From a virus, in IMG/VR virus record IMGVR_UViG_3300023174_000121, positions 1-64,000 of that record: DNA of 64,000 nt; one strand, written 5' to 3'. The translations under genes were made by a program, and so were the position numbers. The stretch's first letter is position 1. Every line of letters starts with the position of its first letter. The notes under the pieces are model-generated. The model was given only the letters and a program-made list of their open reading frames with translations. It made no database searches and was not told the DNA's origin. Shown piece after piece: positions 48,204 through 56,431 of this stretch.

Positions 48204-48286
48204 TGGTGGAGGATGGGAGGATGGGAGGATCGAACTCCCACTAAAGGCTTGCAAAGCCCCTGTGCTCCCATTATCACTAATCCCCC
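48204..48286 (-). tRNA. tRNA-Ala (TGC) with an 8-nt 3' duplication
   Basis: GGGGGAT/ATCCTCC acceptor with G3.U70; TTTGCAA loop; extra CATCCTCC copy before ACCA. Confidence 0.75.
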
Positions 48287-48303
48287 AATACTGTTAAAGA
48301 ACA

Positions 48304-48380
<77 letters not shown>

Positions 48381-48391
48381 AAATTTGTCAA

Positions 48392-48465
48392 TGGCTCCGG
48401 TGGAGAGAATCGAACTCCCACTAGTGGTTTTGGAGACCACCGCACTGCCATTATACTACACCGGA
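48392..48465 (-). tRNA. tRNA-Trp (CCA)
   Basis: CTCCAAA loop, GCCA. Confidence 0.92.
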
Positions 48466-48470
48466 ACAAA

Positions 48471-48539
48471 CCATATGGAAACACACTCCTCTCTTTGTTG
48501 TCGCCGCCTAGGTTCGGCTCAGAATGTGTTTCCATATGG
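48471..48539. repeat. Long inverted repeat 3' of tRNA-Tyr
   Basis: CCATATGGAAACACA...TGTGTTTCCATATGG (15-bp perfect arms). Confidence 0.85.
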
Positions 48540-48623
48540 TGGGTAGCCAGGGAATCGAACCCCGTTGCCGCTAAGGACCACAGATTTACAGTCTGCTGCA
48601 TTCACCAATGATGCTCGCTACCC
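48537..48623 (-). tRNA. tRNA-Tyr (GTA)
   Basis: GGGTAGC/GCTACCC, CTGTAAA loop, long variable arm, ACCA. Confidence 0.9.
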
Positions 48624-48658
48624 ATATTGAAACACACTAATTCTAATGTGCTTGAATA

Positions 48659-48710
48659 TGGTGTCACTCTCCTGACCACTTTTAACGGAGGGGGTAGAGC
48701 CTTGAGTGAC
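48659..48710 (-). ncRNA. Candidate CCA-ended mini-RNA with a 7-bp acceptor-like stem
   Basis: GTCACTC-(34 nt)-GAGTGAC-A-CCA inside the tRNA operon. Confidence 0.4.
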
Positions 48711-48749
48711 TTGTCTTAGACAGGCTTTATTCCTGGTTACTAACCATTT

Positions 48750-48827
48750 TGGTGCCCAAGGTCGGATTCGAACCGACACGACCTTGCTTCTAAGGCAAGT
48801 ACCTCATACCAATTGGGTTACTTGGGC
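48750..48827 (-). tRNA. tRNA-Leu (TAG), short variable loop
   Basis: GCCCAAG...CTTGC-CTTAGAA-GCAAG-GTCGT...ACCA. Confidence 0.88.
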
Positions 48828-48844
48828 TTGTTTATATAGTCTTT

Positions 48845-49024
48845 TTATCTAAATTGATTTTTAATATACTGATTTACCCGATTCGAATCTTCTGCATACA
48901 TTTCTAATGGAGTCTTCATATCAAATGCTTTGTTTTTAGAAACCCACCACTTTTCAACCAATGATTCTTTTCCAAGTAAAGCCATCAACATTCTATCGTA
49001 CTTTGCTTTCATTTCAGAATTCAT
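48845..49024 (-). CDS. Small protein resembling the Xre/MbcA/ParS antitoxin C-terminal domain
   Basis: LMALLGKESLVEKWWVSKNKAFDMKTPLEM...VNQYI; not in the ORF track. Confidence 0.5.
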   Translation of the reverse strand: MNSEMKAKYDRMLMALLGKESLVEKWWVSKNKAFDMKTPLEMYAEDSNRVNQYIKNQFR

Positions 49025-49290
49025 TTACTATACTCCGACATAAACTTCTCTAAGGGAATTTCACGAATTTCCGTTGAGTTAGCCCATCGATCAAAATTAG
49101 CAGCTGGTTCTGATACATCAACTACCCATGTACTTCCTGGACCATTACCGCGAAGTCGAAAGTAACGACCATTTCTACTAAAACAACCACAATTATATTT
49201 TATAACATTACGCCAATTATCTCGATATGTTAATCCAAATCCATTTCTTTTGAACCAAGTTTTTATATCACTTTTCGACATTTTGCTCAC
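49021..49290 (-). CDS. Hypothetical protein
   Basis: Coupled ORF. Confidence 0.6.
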   Translation of the reverse strand: MSKMSKSDIKTWFKRNGFGLTYRDNWRNVIKYNCGCFSRNGRYFRLRGNGPGSTWVVDVSEPAANFDRWANSTEIREIPLEKFMSEYSK

Positions 49291-49561
49291 TCCCGAAAAT
49301 CTTAGACCAGCATTTCAATTTTTGAAGTTTGTTTTCAATTGCACGATCCACTGCTGCACCCTCAATCAATTGGCGTTCAGCCATCAATTCAATCATGCAA
49401 AGCAAATCACCGATTTCTTCTTCCAATCGTTCTTTGTTTGTTTGAATTTCTTTTGGGTGTTTTGAGTCAAAACCAAATCGAAACACTTTACTGATTGCTT
49501 GTGTCACTTCAGCACATTCTTCCAATGCAATGAGCAACACTTCTTTATCAATTTCATTCAT
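49268..49561 (-). CDS. MazG-like nucleotide pyrophosphohydrolase
   Basis: EECAEVTQAISKVFRFG...LEEEIGDL. Confidence 0.8.
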   Translation of the reverse strand: MNEIDKEVLLIALEECAEVTQAISKVFRFGFDSKHPKEIQTNKERLEEEIGDLLCMIELMAERQLIEGAAVDRAIENKLQKLKCWSKIFGSEQNVEK

Positions 49562-49562
49562 A

Positions 49563-49874
49563 TCATAATCCAGATTGTATAAAACGCTTCACAATGTATT
49601 CTTTTGCTTCACTCAAATTTCGCACATTCACATTATGCGCTTCGTCGTTTAGCTTGTATCGAATATTAATCTTTCCTGCTGAATAAATTACAACTGCGCC
49701 ATAAAAATATTTGTTCTGTCCAAACGGAACTACATAAGCATCCTTGTCTTCGAACCTACGCTTGTAGTATGTACCAGCACCATTGATTTTGTCAAGAGAA
49801 CCAAAGCGGATAGTATCCAACAACTCTGATGCAATTGATTCTCTTGGGCCCATACCAGGTTTAAATGACTGCAT
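49563..49874 (-). CDS. Hypothetical protein
   Basis: ORF from MQSFKPG. Confidence 0.55.
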   Translation of the reverse strand: MQSFKPGMGPRESIASELLDTIRFGSLDKINGAGTYYKRRFEDKDAYVVPFGQNKYFYGAVVIYSAGKINIRYKLNDEAHNVNVRNLSEAKEYIVKRFIQSGL

Positions 49875-49996
49875 AAAAATCACCGTGTTTATGTTTAGGG
49901 TTCTTTTTACGCTTATCGCCAACAACCCGCATACGATACTTAGGACTTCTGAGATCCTTAGAAACTAAGTTTCTAGGTTTACCAGAAGCTGGAATT

Positions 49997-50245
49997 TTAA
50001 AATTCATCACCATAATGTCCATAATCCTCGTCGGTTCCCCAACCAATAGATGCTAGTGCATTAGCATCTGCTTCAGCATCGGAGAGAAAAGTTTCTTCCT
50101 CAAAAAAGATTTCTTCTTCCAAATCAGTCTTTATCGATTCAACCCAATCAAGAGGCACACAGAACTTTGCTGCTACCTCTTCGACAGTATACTCTGCTTC
50201 AAGCATTTCCACAATGTCTGACCACAATTCTTTCATCTTACTCAT
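49997..50245 (-). CDS. Acidic hypothetical protein
   Basis: DADANALASIGWGTDEDYG-type motif. Confidence 0.7.
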   Translation of the reverse strand: MSKMKELWSDIVEMLEAEYTVEEVAAKFCVPLDWVESIKTDLEEEIFFEEETFLSDAEADANALASIGWGTDEDYGHYGDEF

Positions 50246-50260
50246 TTCTTCAATTCCTAT

Positions 50261-50608
50261 TTAAGCACCAGTCCAAGCAACTTGACCGAAGTCCCGAGCC
50301 ATCGTGTTACCGCGAGCAAAATTCTTCGCAGGAGCATTCCAGCCAGCAGCCTTGAGAATGTCACCTTTAGTAAACTTACCCATGTCACGCAAACAAACAA
50401 ACGAATGGACGCTACGCGATCCGCCGTTAGTCGTAATGATCTTAGCAAACTTGGTGCCGTACTCAATCGAAAGACCCATGCAAAACTGGATGCAACCTTG
50501 CTGTTTCCAAGGATCGTTATCTTCTGGTTTCACCCACTGAATGTAGTTCATACGGATGTGATCAAGATACTCTTCAAGGCCGTCGATTTTGAATTCGTTT
50601 GTCATCAT
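50261..50608 (-). CDS. Conserved T4-like early protein
   Basis: GTKFAKI...SVHSFV...GDILKAAGWNAPAKNFARGN. Confidence 0.75.
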   Translation of the reverse strand: MMTNEFKIDGLEEYLDHIRMNYIQWVKPEDNDPWKQQGCIQFCMGLSIEYGTKFAKIITTNGGSRSVHSFVCLRDMGKFTKGDILKAAGWNAPAKNFARGNTMARDFGQVAWTGA

Positions 50609-50639
50609 TTCTTCCTGTTTATTCCCTACCACAAGATCC

Positions 50640-50698
50640 ATTCTACGCTGGTTTGGGTTTACTGTCAAGGCTTTTCTCGGTGTCGTATTTTTACTACG
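50640..50698 (-). promoter_or_regulatory. Early promoter with upstream palindrome
   Basis: TTGACA-17-TAGAAT; TGTCGTATTTTTACTACG at 50681-50698. Confidence 0.75.
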
Positions 50699-50831
50699 GT
50701 TCAACCGAGGGTCTTGACAGAGCCGCCAACGGCAACCCCACACAAGACTAGAGCAACAAAACCAACCATCACAACTGCTAAAAACGTAATCATCTCAAAC
50801 TCCTATCAATTTCTCTCTCACCACAAGATCT

Positions 50832-50889
50832 ATTATACTCTGATCGCGGCAAAAGTCAAGGCTTTTCTTGGTGTCGTTTTTTCGCAACA
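50832..50889 (-). promoter_or_regulatory. Early promoter with upstream palindrome
   Basis: TTGACT-16-TATAAT; TGTCGTTTTTTCGCAACA at 50872-50889. Confidence 0.75.
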
Positions 50890-50891
50890 AT

Positions 50892-51206
50892 TCAAAAGGT
50901 GTTTAGGCTGGGCACTAGTTCAGCAATCAACTGACGCTCGCGCTGGTGTGCTGGCTTGCGTCCACGCACAATTTCGACAACCTCATACTTCCAGTCGCAT
51001 TGTGCTAGTTCGCGGATTGCTACACACATAGCCCAGTCTTTGTTCTCACACTTTGCTCGGCTCACATGCTTCTGCCACCGTACTTTGACGGCGCGGAGGA
51101 ATGCTCGTCCTGTTGCTACGGTGATACCGATGTAGGTGTCGCCCGTGTCTACGCAAGTCACGCGGTAGACCACGTGGTTTCTGTCTGATCGTTTCTTTCT
51201 TTCCAT
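50892..51206 (-). CDS. GIY-YIG nuclease domain protein, probably leaderless
   Basis: VVYRVTCVDTGDTYIGIT...RWQKH...E...LN. Confidence 0.8.
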   Translation of the reverse strand: MERKKRSDRNHVVYRVTCVDTGDTYIGITVATGRAFLRAVKVRWQKHVSRAKCENKDWAMCVAIRELAQCDWKYEVVEIVRGRKPAHQRERQLIAELVPSLNTF

Positions 51207-51213
51207 ACATACA

Positions 51214-51295
51214 AGTATACGCTGATCTCCAGGAAAGTCAAGGACTTCCTGGGTGTTGCGAAAAAACGACACTTTTGTGTTGCTAAAAAGCAACA
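51214..51295 (-). promoter_or_regulatory. Early promoter with two tandem palindromes
   Basis: TTGACT-16-TATACT; TGTTGCGAAAAAACGACA (51254) and TGTTGCTAAAAAGCAACA (51278). Confidence 0.75.
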
Positions 51296-51313
51296 AGTAT
51301 GGATTTGTTTTAA

Positions 51314-51505
51314 TTACTCCGCAAAGTCTTCGTATTCGTCCCATTCATCTTCACGGATATTGTTGGGATCAATAAACTTTGTCTGATGCTTGAACTTTGT
51401 TTTTTGTTTTTTTGATTCGTTCAATCTAGGCTTTCCATGTGAACGACCATCTTCGTTCTCATAAAAGTCCCTAAAGCCGCTATACTTTTTATTTGTCTTG
51501 GACAT
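51314..51505 (-). CDS. Hypothetical protein
   Basis: Basic/acidic small ORF downstream of the rnh cluster. Confidence 0.55.
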   Translation of the reverse strand: MSKTNKKYSGFRDFYENEDGRSHGKPRLNESKKQKTKFKHQTKFIDPNNIREDEWDEYEDFAE

Positions 51506-51509
51506 GGCG

Positions 51510-51950
51510 TTACTTTGATTCTCCAACAAAAAGTTCTGGTAGTGCTTCCTCGACTAATTTTCGAGTGATGCCTTTGTAAGTTAGTTTTTTATTCTTGACC
51601 ATAAGAACTAGCTTTGCCTCTTCTGGAGAAACTGTTTCCAACAATTCAATGAAAAGTTTTTCTCGTTTGATTGTATTCAGATTGCTTTCTTTAAAGAAAT
51701 ACTGAAACTTTCGCATTTCCCTAGGCAATCGATTGTGACCCATGTTTTCTGGAGTTTCCATTTCTTTGTATGGAGGATCTCCTTCAGGCAAATCAAATTT
51801 AACGTCTTTATGATATGCGTACTTCAAAAGAGTTTTCAAGTCAGGTGTTAAGTTTGCAATCTGCTTTAAAGCATTCGTCCTCTTTTCTGTCGGTAATCCA
51901 GATACATGGATTAACAACTCTGGCAATGTCATCTTACTAATGTCCATCAA
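51510..51950 (-). CDS. Conserved T4-like protein (DUF6433-like)
   Basis: FDLPEGDPPY...KREKLFIELLE...EEAKLV; adjacent to rnh. Confidence 0.75.
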   Translation of the reverse strand: MMDISKMTLPELLIHVSGLPTEKRTNALKQIANLTPDLKTLLKYAYHKDVKFDLPEGDPPYKEMETPENMGHNRLPREMRKFQYFFKESNLNTIKREKLFIELLETVSPEEAKLVLMVKNKKLTYKGITRKLVEEALPELFVGESK

Positions 51951-52813
51951 AATTCCTGTATGTGATCCATGAGCATTTTCATGCGATGTTGAATAAAATA
52001 ATTAAAAATCTTCTCTCTTCCACGCTTTGGAGTAGTCTCGTATGTATCTATGATTTTGCTTTGATATTCATCGGGAATCTTTGATAGATCGATTAGGAGT
52101 TCATTCCGTCGATAATTCCGCAATGTGATTTCATTACAAAATGATTCTGGTTCTTGAGTCAACCAAGTATTTAGTTTTTTCTCTGTTACAGGCTTCTGAC
52201 GGGCTTCGCTAACGAATGTATCATCTGATGATAGAAAATTAGGAATACCGTCAGAACGATCACCTTTAATGATATGTTCTTTTAGAAACTCCGACGGACT
52301 ATTAGTTCTAAGAAACTTCTTCGCCATTGGGCTATATTGCTCGACATTGACAAACTTTTGCAATTGTAAAAAATCTTTGTCTGAAGATAGAATGAGTATA
52401 TTCTCTGTCGCGTCGTTTTTGATGTATGTACCATACTTATGGCAGAGTGTTGCGATAACATCATCTGCTTCGGTTTTATCAACCTGGACAACTTTATATG
52501 GAAAGTATTCCTTGATTTCATCTCTGACTCGATTAAGGGTTTCGAATATTAGATTCCAATCAAACGGTGATGCTTCTCGGTCTTTCTTGCGACTTGCTTT
52601 ATAGTATGGAAAAAAGTCTCGGCGCCAATAACCTTTGTCATCACAACAAATCGTTATGTCGCCATACTTTTCTTTGAATTTAACATTGTACATGCGAATG
52701 CTATTTAGCACCATGTGCCTTATCAAATTCTCGTCAATCGCATTTGATGCATTTGAATTCACTTGCATCATCAGGTTAGAAATCATAACCTGATTCATAT
52801 CAATCAGAATCAT
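51947..52813 (-). CDS. rnh: T4-type RNase H (5'-3' exonuclease)
   Basis: ILIDMNQ, WRRDFFPYYKASRK, EADDVIA, SSDKDFLQL, GDRSDGIPN. Confidence 0.95.
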   Translation of the reverse strand: MILIDMNQVMISNLMMQVNSNASNAIDENLIRHMVLNSIRMYNVKFKEKYGDITICCDDKGYWRRDFFPYYKASRKKDREASPFDWNLIFETLNRVRDEIKEYFPYKVVQVDKTEADDVIATLCHKYGTYIKNDATENILILSSDKDFLQLQKFVNVEQYSPMAKKFLRTNSPSEFLKEHIIKGDRSDGIPNFLSSDDTFVSEARQKPVTEKKLNTWLTQEPESFCNEITLRNYRRNELLIDLSKIPDEYQSKIIDTYETTPKRGREKIFNYFIQHRMKMLMDHIQEF

Positions 52814-52956
52814 AGCATTCCTTCAAGAAACTCTTTTAGTTCTTGCTTGTGCTTTTTTTCAAGATCGGTTGCAATGCCGAATTTGATTTCAGCATTCAAC
52901 CACACAATCCACTTTTCAATCAACTCTTTGTTGTCCATGATATATTCTTCCATTTC

Positions 52957-54084
52957 TTACGCTACCCTAACGATGATGGTATCAGAGTTTAGGCGACCTG
53001 TCAACAACGATTCCTTCGTGGAGAGTTCGCTCAGAATTTTCTTGAGTTTGATTTTACCAGCTTCAAGAAGTTCTTTGATCGTCACCTCAGGCTTTCGCAG
53101 TCGCTTGCCAATTGACGTTTCGACATTGAAGTTTTGTAGTGTGCTACCTTTGACCGTCAAGCCTTTTGCATTCTCTGCATTGTACACACCAAGCAATTTT
53201 GTCTTAGTATTGTAAGCCCACACTTGACTTGCTCCAATGATCTTTTCTGGTGCAATCGACTTCAATCCTAACTCTGCAAATTCTTGTAAGTAATTGAGTT
53301 TTGCAACAACTACAGATGCTGGCTTTTCTTTTACAGTACGCTTCTTGCGAATTGGCTTGTTTGCAACTGCACTACGATTTGTTTCTGAAACCAAGGAATC
53401 GTAGAATTCTTTCACCTTACGCAATTGAACCTTAGTAAAGTTCGAATAGCCTTCTTTGATATCAGCATCAGTAGAGTTCATCACATCTTCGAATTCTTTA
53501 GCTTTTCGAATGAAGAATTCGCACATGCGATTCAGTACAACAGTAGAGAGATTCTTCCCTTTAAAGTATGCACTAACATCAACTGATGATTTACATCCAT
53601 TAGTAATGAAGTCATCAACGAGTCCTTCGACTTCACCAACTTCATCTTCTGCTTTTTCTTTAATCCGATCTTGAATCGATACAGTATGCACTGGCGCAAC
53701 TGGTTGTACAGCAACTACTGTATCTTTAACTTGTTTCTTTGCAGATGCGAGAATCGATTTGAATTCTTTAACGAACCGCTCTTTCACCTCTGGAGGCGGA
53801 ACATAGCCCATGCATAGCATCCGAGCAATCCAACCAACTTGATTGGGAATTTTACCTTCAGCAATGATCAATGCAATTTCATCTTTTGGTCGATTTACAC
53901 TTGTCATGTAATCGACCAGAAAATTCTTTGCTTGCTTGTTATCACAAAAATAGTTATACCAAGTCAATGCTCGCATTAGATCAATGCGCTCATAGGTTTG
54001 ACCAGCTACCCAAGTTGGTTCTTTACCAATTTGGGTTGCATCAGCACCAGGATTAACTTTAGTAAATTTCATAGTGTATATCAA
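52957..54084 (-). CDS. Conserved T4-like hypothetical protein
   Basis: ALTWYNYF...IIGASQVWAYNTKTKLLGVY...KRLRKPE...GRLNSDTII. Confidence 0.8.
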   Translation of the reverse strand: MIYTMKFTKVNPGADATQIGKEPTWVAGQTYERIDLMRALTWYNYFCDNKQAKNFLVDYMTSVNRPKDEIALIIAEGKIPNQVGWIARMLCMGYVPPPEVKERFVKEFKSILASAKKQVKDTVVAVQPVAPVHTVSIQDRIKEKAEDEVGEVEGLVDDFITNGCKSSVDVSAYFKGKNLSTVVLNRMCEFFIRKAKEFEDVMNSTDADIKEGYSNFTKVQLRKVKEFYDSLVSETNRSAVANKPIRKKRTVKEKPASVVVAKLNYLQEFAELGLKSIAPEKIIGASQVWAYNTKTKLLGVYNAENAKGLTVKGSTLQNFNVETSIGKRLRKPEVTIKELLEAGKIKLKKILSELSTKESLLTGRLNSDTIIVRVA

Positions 54085-54407
54085 CCACCAATGTTAAATG
54101 AAACCGAACGAATAGCATCATAGCGAAACGCTCGCCATTCTTTCTTTTCTAAGTCTACAACAGCAATCGATTCTTGAGGCACAGCTCGCTTTGGAGCATC
54201 CTCAGCTTTCTTTGCAAACAGATTCGTTGGAATTAGATTCTCTTGCAATGTGCAAGTCATCTTACGAACCGATCCATCTTTCTTTAAAAATTCTACAACG
54301 ACTTCGCCATGTTTCAATTGCGCTTTAAGCCAATCGCGGAATACTTGTTTCTCGGATTCGTTTGCAACCAGGTAATATGAGCCATCATTCTTCATCAAGT
54401 TCTCCAT
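54081..54407 (-). CDS. SH3/WYL-like beta-barrel protein
   Basis: VEFLKKDGSVRKMTCTL...VVDLEKKEWRAFRYD. Confidence 0.75.
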   Translation of the reverse strand: MENLMKNDGSYYLVANESEKQVFRDWLKAQLKHGEVVVEFLKKDGSVRKMTCTLQENLIPTNLFAKKAEDAPKRAVPQESIAVVDLEKKEWRAFRYDAIRSVSFNIGG

Positions 54408-54433
54408 AAAATATTCACCTCATCAGTATAGTA

Positions 54434-54709
54434 TCACGCTCCGCTTTCGCTGTCAACCCCACGTTCTCCGGGAGACGGCTGCTTAACGTGGACGTTCAGA
54501 TATTCAAACAACTCCCGCACACCACCAATATACTCTAGTCCGTCGTAAATGTGTGGCAAATGATTTGTGTCTGGAATCAATCTTAGCAATTGCTGCAACG
54601 TATAGTCTTCACCCAGAATAAAAACTTTGTAAGGTCTTCTACACATTGATAATATCATTTCGACATTATTTGTCGCTTTGCTATTGTATGCTCCGTAGAC
54701 ATAAAACAT
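54434..54709 (-). CDS. Glutaredoxin-like protein lacking CxxC
   Basis: LPHIYDGLEYIGGVREL; the active-site region reads SKAT. Confidence 0.6.
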   Translation of the reverse strand: MFYVYGAYNSKATNNVEMILSMCRRPYKVFILGEDYTLQQLLRLIPDTNHLPHIYDGLEYIGGVRELFEYLNVHVKQPSPGERGVDSESGA

Positions 54710-54713
54710 ATAT

Positions 54714-54914
54714 CTATTTTCCTCGAACGTCTTTCACAATTGCACCAACTATAAAACTCAACCAAGACATTGCAGCAATTGATTCAAATTCAATAGGAAT
54801 CGAAGTTCCAAATATAACGTTAATCGAAAAAATTGTTATCGTTGAAACAATAATGCTTAGTGAAGCAAATCCTAAAATCAATCCAATTGCTGCGCCCCAA
54901 CTATCAATTTTCAT
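54714..54914 (-). CDS. Small membrane protein
   Basis: Two hydrophobic helices. Confidence 0.55.
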   Translation of the reverse strand: MKIDSWGAAIGLILGFASLSIIVSTITIFSINVIFGTSIPIEFESIAAMSWLSFIVGAIVKDVRGK

Positions 54915-54928
54915 ATTTTCACCTTTTG

Positions 54929-55552
54929 TCATGCTAAAACCTCTAGTGCGTTGTTGTAATGTGCAAGTCTATCTTCTAAGCCTATGTAGCCACCATTGAT
55001 TCTCTTTGTCATTGTCTTTATGTCGCCAGAGTCGGCTAATGCATTTAGATGACTAGCATTCCAGAACCAACATGCAGAGTGTATTGCATAGTGTGGCTCT
55101 AGCAACAAGTCTGGGTTCTCTAGTAAATGTGTTTCATCTTCAAATAATGCAATAGAACATTTAGAGTAATTGTTTTTTCCAGTAATTTGTACGATACCGC
55201 GACCACGATACATGTAGCCGTCACCAGAGTCTTCGTCGCCATTACCCATCCGATTTGCATAAACTCTATTTGCAATCATCTCTGGTTTTCTTGCATATTG
55301 CTTTGCAAGTTCTGCTGTTGGAAAGTATTTACCGAAAATCTTTTTTAGTCCGTCTGCAGAGTAATTTAGATTTTCTTGTAGAACTGTGAATCCTGCTGAT
55401 TCGTGTCCACATTGTGCAATGAATGCTGCAACTCTATTTGGTGTATCAATTTCATATTGAGGTAACACATCCAATAACTGCTCATGCCACTCTTGTAAGT
55501 TTTTTACTTTTGGTAGCAACTGTTTTGTAACATCTTCTGTTAGAAACTCCAT
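54929..55552 (-). CDS. GH19 endolysin (chitinase-like)
   Basis: AAFIAQCGHES, ENLNYS, YRGRGIVQITGKNNY, TKRINGG. Confidence 0.93.
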   Translation of the reverse strand: MEFLTEDVTKQLLPKVKNLQEWHEQLLDVLPQYEIDTPNRVAAFIAQCGHESAGFTVLQENLNYSADGLKKIFGKYFPTAELAKQYARKPEMIANRVYANRMGNGDEDSGDGYMYRGRGIVQITGKNNYSKCSIALFEDETHLLENPDLLLEPHYAIHSACWFWNASHLNALADSGDIKTMTKRINGGYIGLEDRLAHYNNALEVLA

Positions 55553-55601
55553 GATCTTTTTCCCCTAATAAATAATAGACTATTCTTTAAAAGGAAGAAT
55601 C

Positions 55602-55796
55602 ATGTCAACAGTTTCTGAACTAAAAACATTTATAGATTGGATTCAAATTTCGAAACGAGATTTTGTTCAAAAATTTATTCCAGGAAATGCAAACAAGGTG
55701 TTTTTAGAGAGTCTCATCAACGCAGAAAATGATTTTAATAATAAATGGATTGACGCTTCCTATCAATTATTTATAGATTCCAGAAAGTCTTATTAA
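55602..55796 (+). CDS. Small late protein on the opposite strand
   Basis: AATAAATA promoter and AAGGA RBS; contains the endolysin late promoter in antisense. Confidence 0.6.
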   Translation: MSTVSELKTFIDWIQISKRDFVQKFIPGNANKVFLESLINAENDFNNKWIDASYQLFIDSRKSY

Positions 55797-56431
55797 TCCC
55801 ATAGACCTTCGTAGTATTTCCCAAAGAGTCGATATCCGTTTCTGTTTCGTTCGGAGTGCGCTTTAAGTGCTTCCCAATCTGTTTTCATAGTATGATTAGG
55901 ACCTTCTACCATTTTTGAAATATTTGGATCAGATTCTTCTTTGACGAAAATATAATTACATTCGCCAGTAGAGTATTGATCTTCCCAATCTTGATTCAAC
56001 TTGCATTCAAATGCTTGAATCATTTCATCAAGAACCCAATCCCAACGCTTGAAATGATTGTCATCAATACCATAGTCATCTTCTTTTTTGGGTACTGCTG
56101 TGCTTCGTAATTCTTCTGGAACGTCTTCATCATCAACAAATGGAGCGCCATTCTTAGTATCTTTTAATTGCTTGAGCATTGGAAGAATGATCTGTGCAAG
56201 TGTGCTATCCATTGACCAAGTATCCCACTTGTCAATCTTTATATAATTAATTTTTGGATGCAAAAAATCTAAAAACTTTAGAAGTGCTTTGCTTGCTGGT
56301 TCAAGTCTATTAGACCATTTGACAATCATTGGATCATCGTAATCGATTTCTTTTTTCCAAAAGAAAACCTTCTCCAAAATTGTGTATGGAGATAGCCAAT
56401 GATCGCGATAATTATTAATATAAACTTTCAT
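55793..56431 (-). CDS. Conserved phage hypothetical protein
   Basis: DKWDTWSMDSTLAQIILPMLKQLK...RWDWVLDEMI...FGKYYEGLWD. Confidence 0.8.
   Translation of the reverse strand: MKVYINNYRDHWLSPYTILEKVFFWKKEIDYDDPMIVKWSNRLEPASKALLKFLDFLHPKINYIKIDKWDTWSMDSTLAQIILPMLKQLKDTKNGAPFVDDEDVPEELRSTAVPKKEDDYGIDDNHFKRWDWVLDEMIQAFECKLNQDWEDQYSTGECNYIFVKEESDPNISKMVEGPNHTMKTDWEALKAHSERNRNGYRLFGKYYEGLWD

Noticed and set aside
48240-48262. tRNA-Cys(GCA) reading of the 48204-48286 gene
   Set aside because: The loop register gives TGC and the acceptor has G3.U70, so it is Ala.
48659-48746. HDV-like theta ribozyme after tRNA-Leu(TAG)
   Set aside because: I could not build the P2/P3 nested pseudoknot or the J4/2 catalytic C by eye; kept only as a generic ncRNA candidate.
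50282-51031. 249-aa plus-strand ORF
   Set aside because: Shadow of minus-strand genes and promoters; no RBS or recognisable motif.
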